From: Geosiphon pyriformis uo1
Taxonomy: Eukaryota; Fungi; Glomeromycota
Direction: 5' to 3'
DNA length: 64,000 nt
NCBI GenBank assembly: GCA_016748015.1
Contig: JAAOMT010000664.1
Coordinates: 442,715 to 506,714, forward strand
Position 1 is the stretch's first letter, and every line of letters begins with the position of its first letter. Shown in pieces: positions 17,683 through 28,499 of the stretch. The translations under genes and the position numbers were made by a program. The notes under the pieces are model-generated. The model searched no databases and was not told the origin of the DNA. It saw only the letters and a program-made list of their open reading frames with translations.

Positions 17683-20600
17683 TTAATCATCAGAAGAAAT
17701 TTTTTCTTTGTCATCCACTCCCAAAGCTCTCATAACTTGTTCCAATTTCTCTTCGACGCTCATTCCAGCAACGTTGGCGTTTCCAGCCGCTCCTAAATCA
17801 CGCCCATATATATAACCACCCACGTTCCGTCCTAGGTCAACATTACCCAATCCTTTGGTCATTTCCTCCAATAGCCGAGGTAATGCCACATCCTTTGCAA
17901 TATAAACACTTGTTCTTGGTATAATGTTTGTTCCATCTTCGTATGAGGAAGTGGAGCCTGCCGAGCTTGTCCAATCTTGATGCAAAGTTCGATTAGGACT
18001 TCTGAAAAAAGTTTGAGTTGGTTGCACCCCAGGTACATGTAAAGGAGCTGAATAATTCTGAGAATAATCAGAAGGACTTATTCTTGAGTTTAACCTCTTC
18101 AAGTCTTCCTCCGTTTCGTCATCATCATCACTTGCGCCAAGTTCTTTCGCCCACATTTGAGAGTCGCTATATTCTTCCTCATCACCAGCATTATAAAAAT
18201 AGCTATATCGATCGGTCATATCCTCACCACGAAGACCATTTACGACTTGCCAAATTAGAGATCCATCATCAAGTTCAAGAAGTTCAACATGTTGCTCTTG
18301 CTCCAGTTTTTCCAAAGCTTCACCCTCAACTCGTAGTGGTCCCTTGGTTTCATTTATTAACGATTTTGGTCGTTCCAAATTATTATTCGATTTCGTAACC
18401 TGATCCACATCAACGCTTTCTATTGATTGTCTTTGTGTTTTAACTTCACTTTGCTCTGGTGCCTCTTCTTCGTCATCAGCGCCTTCTTGATCCGAATAAT
18501 CATAATAATCATATAAACTATCTCCATACGTACTGTGAACACTTTTGCCTCCCATTGATTTTCGTTTACGACTTCCTGTAGATATCGTGGAAGCCATACT
18601 AGCCTTGCTGCTACGTTTTGTGGTCATAGGTGTTTTCAAAAAAAGAAAACTATCATGCTTCGTGGGAATAGGTGGTATTGGAATACCATAAGGAAGTTCC
18701 ATGACACTTTTACGAGTTCCAGGGGAGGGCACAGGAGTTGGAGGACGATTAATAATTGAAGATTTTTTGGGTGGGACCGCCAAAAATTTTGTGCTAGAAC
18801 CAGAACTCACGCCATTGCCGTGATCCTCATTTTCATCTTCATTATCACTATCCGATTTGGACGATTCTGATTTCCTATCGCTGCTTTCACTCATCAAGTC
18901 TTGATTACTAATCTTTTCTAGGATATCAGTGATATCTCTTTCAGATTTTGAACCTTTCTCTTCTGATACATCATCATCATCGTCTTTGGCCAAATACCAT
19001 TTTCTTCCATCCGAGCCAACATGTATTCCACCATCAATATTAATTTTTTTCTTTCTCAAAGAAGGTTGTCGACTTGCCCTATGGGCCAAGTTAATTGTCG
19101 ATGGTAATTGTTTTGTTGTTGAAGCAACGCGATTTTCAGGAGGATTAGCCTGATTGACTGTTTCTATCTCAGTAGGCTCATCTGGTAAAGGTGGTAAGAA
19201 GGGTTTTGTGATTATAATTGTCCGACGAACCACCTTGTTTCTCAGTTTTTTGGGAGTTTTCTCGGGTTCTCCAATTTTCGTGGGAACTTTTAACAAATTA
19301 AGATCACTGCCACCACTGCTACGCTGATTGCTCGAATTAGTACTGTTACTAGTCCTTTTTTGTTTATTTTTGCTAAGCCTTTTGCTGCCACCACCACTCA
19401 TACGAATGCTCCCATTATTGAACAAAGATAAAAGGCGAATAGAGGTTCGAGATCCTCTCGATTCTTTTGATTGATGTTTATCCTCAACATCCGAATTATT
19501 GACATTCTTACAACCTTTCACAGAATGATGTCGTCGGAAAAATGATTCCTGCTGCTGTTTTGGTTGATTTTCAGGTTTTTGTTGGACGATGGAAGAATTT
19601 TTTTGTTGGGATGAACCACGAAGTGGATTACGTGGCAGAATCGGTGGTGGGGAATTTCGTCCTTCAGGTGTATCACTATAAAGTGATACTGGACTACTGG
19701 GACTGCATGGTGATGAAGGACTAGCAAGAGAATCGGTTCCAAACGTATCACGCTTATTATGTGGCCAAGATTGCTCGTTGATTATAATAGGCGTTGATTG
19801 GAGAGCTGCTGCTCTTGATGGAATTTCCAGACTGAGCCTTGGTGGTGTTGGGGGGGATGATGAAGTAAGTTTTCCTGATTTATTTGTTTCACTTCCCGAC
19901 ATTCTTTCTTCCTTTGCTGAAAATTCTTCTTCGCCAAAAGAATTGTAATTAAGATTTTTGTTTTCAACACCAGAACAAGTTGAAGAATCTCTCGAGTTTT
20001 CAGATTGAGAAGATGTGCGTGATTTCTGTTCTTTTTTTACACTCGAGTACTTTGTAACCATTTCTGCATGCCGCTTGATACCATCAATATCATATAAGGG
20101 AGCCAGACGGTCAGAAGAGTCGCTTTTTTTCAGAACCTTTTTAAGAGAAAGATCGGAATCGCTGACGACCCATCTGTTATTGTAAAGCGTTGGAGGATTA
20201 TTTTCTGATTCATTGATCTCGGTAAGTGTAGGATCAAATTGTTTTTCACTTTGATCATTGGAATCTTTGTTCTTTTCAGAGATAAGAATCACAGGTTTAT
20301 TAGTATTTACAATGTAAGTGAGATTATTGAAGGTTTCTTGTCGTGTATTATGATAGTCATTCAGTCCCTTTTCTCGTATACTCTGGGCTCTTCTCGAGTT
20401 AGGATCCTTATTTTTGCTTGGAGTTATATATCGATGTCGTAAATTATCATCCGATATAAACTTCTTGGGTAAATTTTCGTGAGAAGAATGAGGTGACAAC
20501 GTATCCAGTACAGTGGGTTTTGGTTTTTTGGGTGATTTGGTTGCCTCACCATCAGTGGTAAAAACATCCTTGAGCTTTTTTGAAAATTTACCAATACTTG

Positions 20601-22081
20601 ATTCACTATCTCTGAGTGAGAATTTCCGACGAAAAGAATAATTCGACCCATGAGAGTAATGGTCATCCTCACGATCAAGACGAACAATTGGAATAGTTTT
20701 GACATTTGATGAACTAGATATGAGATGAGGAGTGGATATGTCTTTAATGGCAATATGCTTTTTTGATTTGCGTAAGGGTGGTTTTTCAAATCGAGGAACT
20801 GACAAAGGATTCGTTATTTCTTCGTTTCCAGAATTGAGCGTTCTTCTCATTACCATCACTTGATGAGCAATATCCGCTTGACCTGAGGCTATAAGTATCT
20901 CGGTAAGAGACTTTTCAGGGGGTAACGGTTTTTTTGGTGGTGATTTATTAGGTCGATTAGAACGTTGAGTAGCAGATTTTGTTATTAGAGGTGGAGAAGA
21001 AGAGATAGGACCCTTTAAAATTAAATTATCTTGTCCTATTTCAACTTTTTCTTCCCCTTTATAATTCTCTTGATTGTTTTCCCTCTCTTGTTGGTCCTTA
21101 TAATAATGGTCATGATCACCATTATCATTCTCATTATCTTCTTCTTGTTCACCATCATAATCCACTTCCACTTCCTCTTCTTCATATGGAACAGAAATAA
21201 TTTTTTTTGATGGGACATTATAAGAAGAAACTAAATTTTGAGATGGTTTTTTTGAAAGAGCAGGAGGAAGTTCTCGTATACGTTGTAAAGATTTTGCAAT
21301 TGATGATCCTGTCGAAGAACGATCACCAGAGAAATTAGGATTTATCCCTCCCATCAATAAAGAGCTGGATTGATCGCTAAAGGAAAGTTGTCTTGAAGGA
21401 TATTGATCATGTGAAATATCTATTGGTGATGGATAAGGTATTTGATCAAGTGAATTGAGATCCCATTCATGATCTTTTAGATTAGAAGGTAAATTATTAT
21501 CAAAATTTGAGATATATGAAGCAAGATCATCTTCATAAGAATAAGCCTGAGGGTTGGAAGGAGATTTTGTGGAGTTCAGGGAAGAATATTTAAGATCATT
21601 TTTAGATGGAATAGCATAAGATTGAGATTTTCCTGAAGCTATGGATTGTCGTAAAGATAATGAGAAAAGACCTTGAGAAAGTTTATCAAGTGGTGAAAGA
21701 GGTAATGGTGAGGTGACTATTACTTCTGATACAGGAGACATTTTCGGAGATGAAGAAAAAGGTGATTTCGTTTGACCAAATGTTTGTTGTGTTGAATACA
21801 ATATATCATTTTCTGTCAAAGAAGATCTTTTAAAGGAAGAAGAACGATTTGGTATGGGAATACTTCGAGATTTAGGAGCAGTGATAGTACTTGGTAATTT
21901 GATCGGAAGAGGAGTATTTTTTATATCCAAAGAATCACCAGGAAGTTTAGAAATAGATGATTTTCTTGTTTTAGGTGGAGATGGGCGATCTTTTGCTAGA
22001 TTTCCCAATAAGCCCGATTGTCTTTTTCTTACTCCCAGATCTATTGTAATATTATTACCATTGATACTATTATTATTATTT

Positions 22082-22119
<38 letters not shown>

Positions 22120-22126
22120 ATCATTA

Positions 22127-22190
<64 letters not shown>

Positions 22191-23214
22191 CTCTTTTGAT
22201 TATAGAGTTATTTAAAAGTTCAGTTTGAGTCATTAAATTTTTTCTAGGTATTGTTTTTATTGTGTCTAAAGAAGTTGAATCATTTTCAGAAATATTAGCC
22301 AGAGTCTCAAGTTGATCTTCAATAATCTCATTCGAATTGTTGAAATTTTCAAATATTTTTGCTTGTTGTTGATTTTGTCGACTATTTATCGAAGATATTT
22401 GTCCAATAAATCCTGAACTAGAATTCGAATAATTTTGTCGAGAATGTGAAATATCATTATTCAAAATTGAAGAAGATATTGATGTTGTAACAGAAGATGG
22501 TGGGGTTGATGATCCTATAGAAGAGATTGAGGTCCTATCATCTTCATACTTGTAGTCAACTGTGTTACTTAAAAGTGATCTTGACTTTGATGAAGACGAG
22601 TTAAAAGAGTTAGTATTACTTTCATGATTCAATGATTTTACATTAATTTCCTTTTCCCATGCTTTTCTTGTTGAAGATTTGTTCAGGGGGGATGTAAGGG
22701 GGTGTGGTAGTGTTGTTGTTGTTGTTGTTGGTGGTGGTGGTGAATTTGATAAAATGTTTTCAGAATTTGATGACACCTGAAACTCTGTTTCCATTTTTGT
22801 TTTTTCAAGATTAAGTTGTTTCCCGAGAGCCGAAGGAATAGTAGAGGAGGTTTTAAAATCTTTGTTTGACGGTTTTGTCGTTATGTTGAAAGACTCATGA
22901 ACGGGCGAACTTCCGGAATGACTTTTTGAAATTTTTGTAACATTAAGTGTGGTGTCAGCAGGGGAAATAGAGGTAGAAGTAGAACTTGAAAGAGGTAAGT
23001 CTCCTCGTCTCAATACACTAAAGCGTTTTGTTAAAGTAGGTAGTATAAGAGAAGTTCGGAAATCAGAAGAGGGAGGGAGATTTGAAAACTCATTTGAATC
23101 CGAATTTGGGATCCCGGTCGTATTATCAAAAATGTTAATATTAGAATCGACTTTTTCGTTGGGTTGTAGTTGAGTAGATTTTTTTAAATCTTGCTTCTTT
23201 CGAAACCTATGCAT
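17683..23214 (-). CDS. Intronless 1843-aa Ser/Pro/Asn-rich, largely disordered uncharacterised fungal protein
   Basis: 5.5-kb uninterrupted ORF in AT-rich DNA with CpGs retained. Short ordered motifs DFRTSLILPTLTKRFSVLR, KVVRRTIII, HVELLELDDGSLIWQVVNGLR resemble a family of fungal hypothetical proteins (from recall). Confidence 0.88.
22066..22190 (-). repeat. (AAT)n/(AAC)n coding repeat (poly-Asn) in the 1843-aa ORF
   Basis: tta/ttg runs on the + strand translate to an N-rich tract. Confidence 0.93.
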
Positions 23215-24077
23215 GGTTTATAAAAAGATTTTTATACTTCTCCCTATCTGTTTGTCTTCTTTTAGTTTAATGTAGAGAAAGAGGAAAATAGTTTGGTTAA
23301 AAATTTATTGGGAGTCTTGAATTCTTAAATAGGATTATTTCTAAGAGTAAAATAATTTGAATTTTGATAAGTTTTATTAGGCGAATAAATGGATAAGTAG
23401 TTATTAAGACACCACAAATAATAATAAGAGAACGACAAAAAAGGTCAGCAACCCATTAGGGTTATGAAGGAAAAAATAAATTTCGTTCTTTTTAGTGAGA
23501 AAATTCGTGCCCGATTGATTGATAAGGAAAAGAAAAATTAAAAGAAAGACGGAAGGGGTAGGGGAAAGAGAGTTAAAGTTGTTAAAAAAAAAGAATGGTA
23601 TAGTTTGAGAGTGTTTTAATACGTACAAGTAAACACGACGATGCACAAACTTGTTTCTCAGCAAAAAGAAGTTTTTTTATTTAGTATATAATACCGAGGA
23701 TAAATTTTCCGATTTCTATATTTGGAATTTTTGATAAGGTTTTTTTTAAATAAACTGCAAAAACTAAATTCAATCCCTTTTTAGTTAACGGACTTGAAAT
23801 TATTGATGATGATAATGATTATTATTATTATTATTAGTCATACGCGGGCAAAAGTTCCAAGTACATGTAATATTATCCCGAATAATATTAAAAGATCATA
23901 TTTTTGAAATTGGACCAATGTTAAAAGAACTGGCAAAGAGCAAAAATTTCAAGGGTAGCATGTTTTGTATTTCTTCCTAATACACCGCATATTTAGGCTT
24001 TATAGCTCGGAAATATGTATCACTATTATATGGGGCGTGCTGCAACAAAACCAGTGAACATATGACGTCACCCACTC

Positions 24078-25111
24078 ATCTTTTTTTTTCAGCACTAAAA
24101 ATACGATCAATACCGTTATTGTCATAGTTATTAATGAAGTCGGAATCAATCACATTAGTAATATTTGACTTGAATTTCTTTCTCTAATTGTTGCTTAGTT
24201 TGCGCTAATTCTTCTTTCAACTGGTTTAATTTTTTGGTTTTTGTTCTTTTTCCCTCACATCTTCGTGTAGCCCTCTGGATCACGAAGCTTTTCGGCAATC
24301 CGTTCGTTTTCCATAGTACCTACTGGTTGATTGTTTAAGATAGGTTTACCTTCATTTGGTAATCATCATCTTTCCACATTATATTTAGGAAAGAAGTAAA
24401 ACATAGATCACGTTCTTTGCTTGATGGAGTTTCTCCCTTTTCTTGACCTACAAGTTTGCCTGCCTGCCCATAAAAAAGTTATGACAATTTATTTTAGTTT
24501 CATATTTTTCCATTAACTCTGATGATTTCGCCTATTTGTGATCATGTTTCTTGGTCTATATTGCTGATTTCAGGGGACAAGTGTGATTTTGTTAGAATAG
24601 TTGCAAAACCAGGTAATTTATCGTTACGTAATTTAGCAAATACCTTGCTTCGTTCAGCAATAATATTGTCATTATTCGGTGAAAGAGCCTCGTTAATTTC
24701 TTTTTCTTGTTTAGGAGTTGCTGCTTGGTAATGTTCTTTAATTCCTGTGCTTCCTTTGTTTATCACATCATACTTAGGGACAACTCGCATGTAAAAATGT
24801 TGCGGCATATTTTGTCCAAGTTCAGTAGGAATATTGAGTCGATACCCGACTGGATTGTATACTCGTTCTATTTTGGCAATACTATCCTTCAAGACTGGTA
24901 AGATATCGTTTCATTCTTGAGGAGTCATTTCTCTCAAATCCTTCGCATGGCGCTTAGTCATGATGACCGTGTGAGCTTTGGAATTAGGTCTTGGGTTAAC
25001 CCAAGAATAAACAGTTCCAAAATCAGATAGCCAACTTTTAAGTTGCCCTTTTTGCAAAGGTCCGCAGGCTTTTTTGCATGTCATGCATTCTTTCTTTTTT
25101 TCTTCGGACAT
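24078..25111 (-). pseudogene. Bacterial-type tandem HIT-domain protein with coiled coil and C-terminal TM anchor; reads through if TGA=Trp; frameshifted in its 3' half
   Basis: CMTC...AHTVIMTKRHAKDLREMTPQE[TGA=W]NDILPVLKDSI...GQNMPQHFYMRVVPKY is the HIT fold pattern with a degenerate HxHxH. Second repeat GFATILTKSH...DQET[W]SQIGEII...GKLVGQ...FFPKY, then KLNQLKEELAQTKQQLEKE and LLM[W]LIPTSLITMTITVLIVFLVLKKK. Confidence 0.7.
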
Positions 25112-25186
25112 AATAAATAAATTTTTATGTTTTCCTAAACAATTATTAAATCAAAATTGTCCTATCGTTTGTCGTAATCATTTTAC

Positions 25187-26932
25187 TTATTCATTAGTAC
25201 TGCGTACCGATGGCTTTGGGCAAGTGACATCTTTAAATTTATCTCGGACAAAGGGACGAATATGCTGATAAAGGTATTCTTGCCGCTCGTATTTCATAGG
25301 AGGGGCGCTAGAACTGGAAATGATAAGGCCTTGATTTTTTCTATGATTTTTGAAGCTTCAGACTTGCTAATTTTTAAAAGTTTGAATTCCTCGAAAGGAC
25401 CATTAGCGAATTCTTGAGCTTTGACAGGGTTGGCCTTGGTAAAGAGAAAATGTTGAAACTTTTGCAAGCCTCGTAGTTTTTTAAAATAAGTTTCCAGACC
25501 ACTTATGATGTCAAAATATTGAAAACCAGCTCTATCATTATAGCGCCGGGCTTTATTTAGTCTAGCGTTGCTAGACTTTTTTTACCACCTCAACTACATG
25601 ATCGACACAATCTACTGTGGTTTTGCGATAAAGCCTTTTTATCAGTCCGAAACTATCATCACACTTGAATTTAGTATGGCCCGGAACCATGAAACTGAGC
25701 CGAATGCTTTCATAATAACCAGCTATTACCAAGTACAGATAAAACCAAATAGTGGTATTGTTTTTGTTTTGTCCGCCCGCATTGTCACAGGTAACCTTGA
25801 AGTGCTTCTCACCTCTATTCAATTGCTTAATTCCGTCGAAGATTAGGCTAAGCGTACCATTCGGACCTTTTCCAGGAAGTTCGTTCTCGTCAAGAACATA
25901 ATTAATTTGCTCGCGCACCGCTTCATCCTTGCTACCAAACAAATGCACCTTACGAGCACTCAGATAATACACTTTACCGATCTGTTGATCAGAATGAGGC
26001 ACATGGACATTTTGGGCTCAGTCATAACTGTAATGGGCGGTAGCATCAACAGTGCAATGCTGAGCCTTACCGATTGAAATTGAATGATGTTGGTTGACGA
26101 GCTGCCTTTCTGCTATTTTGGTATTTCTGTTATAACAGTTTCGTTCTAACTTGGTTTTGGTGAGATGCTCTTTATATCTCTTTAATAAATCCTGAGTCTC
26201 TTCCTCTTTGCGGGCTTTGAATTGCAAGTCATTCCCAAGTGTTGACAGGTATCGCATAAGTCTGTTCGGGGGCTCATGATTTGGATATTTGGACTTAGCT
26301 GATGCCACAATTTACGGAAGGGATCGTATTTGAGCACACACAAAGCATCGCCTTCTTCTAGGCCGGCTAAAAAATCACGGTGAACGGACTTGTAGCTCAT
26401 TTCTGCAGGTAAAAAGATTATTGATTGGGTAACTCGATTAACATTTCTGACTGGGCTAGGCAACCGTAGACTTCAGCAAAATTCAAGAGAAAATTCTTAA
26501 CCACAGTAGCCACGTTTATATCGATGACCATTTTGGGTTTTCACTGCGGCATTCTCTTTACATTACTGTGGACTCTCGATAGAAGACCATTCTTGAGCAA
26601 GTGATTTCGGATATTTTCAAAATAATTGCGACCAATGCCAAGCATATTGAAATAAGTTTTTTGGCAAATAGCAGTATTACGATTCCAGCAGTAGATAGTT
26701 CTCTTATTGATGCGAGTCTTGTTCTTGAGACGTCGACTAGTATTGATTGCTCCCCCATCCATGGATGGGCCATTAAAAAGATGTCTTGTTCGGACTTGGA
26801 AAGTACTTGAAAGATTTCGCGCAATTCGGCAAACGTTTTTGTAGGAACTTTAGCTGAGCAGCCGCAATCACACCCCACTTCCAAAAGTTGGAGAGGTTTC
26901 TCGTATTCGGTTATATTTTTGTCATTTGTCAT
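25187..26932 (-). pseudogene. DDE-type transposase-like protein (CxC N-terminus, DLCDTC, DNAGGQNKN, GHTKFKCD, ...DVTCPKP), frameshifted, two in-frame TGA
   Basis: ORF pieces 26558-26932, 26541-26762, 26182-26463, 26018-26308, 25571-26002 plus the tail to TAA at 25187 join into ~580 aa. HYSYD[TGA]AQNVHVP and RMPQ[TGA]KPK continue in frame. Confidence 0.75.
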
Positions 26933-26994
26933 ATATATATATATATATTTATACACGGTTGTCTGGTTTTGTAAAAATTTTTATACATAGCATA

Positions 26995-27322
26995 TTAAAA
27001 ACATACAGGATTATCCCTATATACTTCTACTCTTCTGATATCTTTCGGTTCTTGAAAGGCTTCCAATGATGCTCGCTTCTTAAGTTTTTCTTCTGGTTCT
27101 TGACCTTGTTCAGCGTCTTCATGGTAAGAGGCAATTTGGTTTTTGATAAATCTCATAAGTAATCTTTTCTTTATCCAAGTATTCTTTAATAGATTTGGTG
27201 TCAGATACTTTAAAAATATAAGGAGCAATTTTTTCGCCCTGTTCTCTTTTTAAGATGCTTCTGATGATACTGTAATCTTTAGGTTCCATGGTGGATTTGA
27301 TGTAAATTAGTTTCATATTCAT
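26995..27322 (-). pseudogene. Small (~105 aa) charged hypothetical protein, one frameshift
   Basis: 27119-27322 (MNMKLIYIKS...EKITYEIY) joins 26995-27228 (NQIASYHEDAEQ...) by a frameshift. Co-oriented with the two downstream genes. Confidence 0.45.
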
Positions 27323-27783
27323 ATTTTTAATACAGGGATAGTTCTATATCCGTTTACTGATTGTGCCACAATGCATTTCTTTTTCTGCATACTGTACCCC
27401 GTGGCTTAGGAATTTTTTTCCCTTCACAGACTCATTGTTAAATAGCCCTCACCATCTCGAGGACAATCTATGAACCACAACTTACAGCTATATTACTTTG
27501 CTAATGTGGCACTTCAAAATCGGCATTTCAAAACATAGACCTCAGCAACAGTCAACCACTTCTGTCGCCACAATCGGGGCACCTTCAGTCTTGCCTCAGC
27601 TATTACTGCACTGAGTAAGGAAGAATGAAAGAGGGTACCAAACAGTGAGGAGCTTTTATCTATGGTTAGACAGGTATATCGATATGCTAACGACCTTGAA
27701 TATAAGATTTTGATTTTGTCATTGTTGTCAAGCAATTAATTTTTGCTCCATATCTTTAATAGCATACAAAACGTCCAAAAACG

Positions 27784-28460
27784 CTTCATTCTGAAGATGC
27801 ATTAAATTTGCTAAAACTCAAACATCAGTCCTGATATAAGAAACTTTAGGCTTTCGCGAAGATAGTGGCCCAAGCCTTACCTTTTCACAAGCTTCTGACG
27901 ATGAATTCGTATTAAGGGTGAATGAAGTGTTCGATTCAGCCTCTGGCAAACTTTTTGCCAAAGAAAACCTTTGACAAGCAACAAATGGCTGCATTTTCAG
28001 GGCCTGTCGTGTCTAAACTCACTGTAGAAAATGAGCCTACCTTGGCACAGCAAATTGTACAATATCTCAAAAACAAAGCCCTTCATGGATTTCGTCTTTG
28101 CATGTTTGATGGAAACACTGTCGTTCTGAAGGGGATACTTCTACTGGTTGCCATTATTCATCTTTATGCAATCAGGGTTGTCATTTTCTCCATACGTAGA
28201 AAACCAGTTGAAATTTTTCCAGACAGACAGAGGGTGTCATACAGTTGTATTCTTGATTCATCAGGATTTAATATTATCAGTAGGGGAATGATATCCACTT
28301 GAACTGACAGAAAATTGGGTCAAGCAAATAGCTGCAGCATATGTGATTTTTATTTCACCAATAGCCTTTTTGGCTGTAATTATAAGCAAAAGAGACCTGC
28401 AAATTATGCATTAATTGGTGATGACACATTAAAAGATTTGCTGTAATCAGTAATGTGAGT
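27784..28460 (+). pseudogene. Decayed member of a Glomeromycotina-expanded family often annotated as TPR-containing proteins
   Basis: Frameshifted pieces HSEDALNLLKLKHQS*Y, DEFVLRVNE, EPTLAQQIVQYLKNKALHGFRL, DRQRVSYSCIL, VGE*YPLELTENWVKQIAAA. Intron-like gtgagt...ttttcag at ~28455-28491. Family assignment is from recall only. Confidence 0.45.
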
Positions 28461-28499
28461 GTAAATTATTATTATTATTATTTATTTTCAGATGGCTTG

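Noticed and set aside
21854-22228. Hydrophobic antisense ORFs (poly-Leu/Ile/Val)
   Set aside because: Opposite-strand translations of the poly-Asn repeat.
24063-24070. TGACGTCA (CRE/ATF palindrome) upstream of the 1843-aa gene
   Set aside because: A single 8-mer ~850 bp upstream at the island edge, with no supporting evidence.
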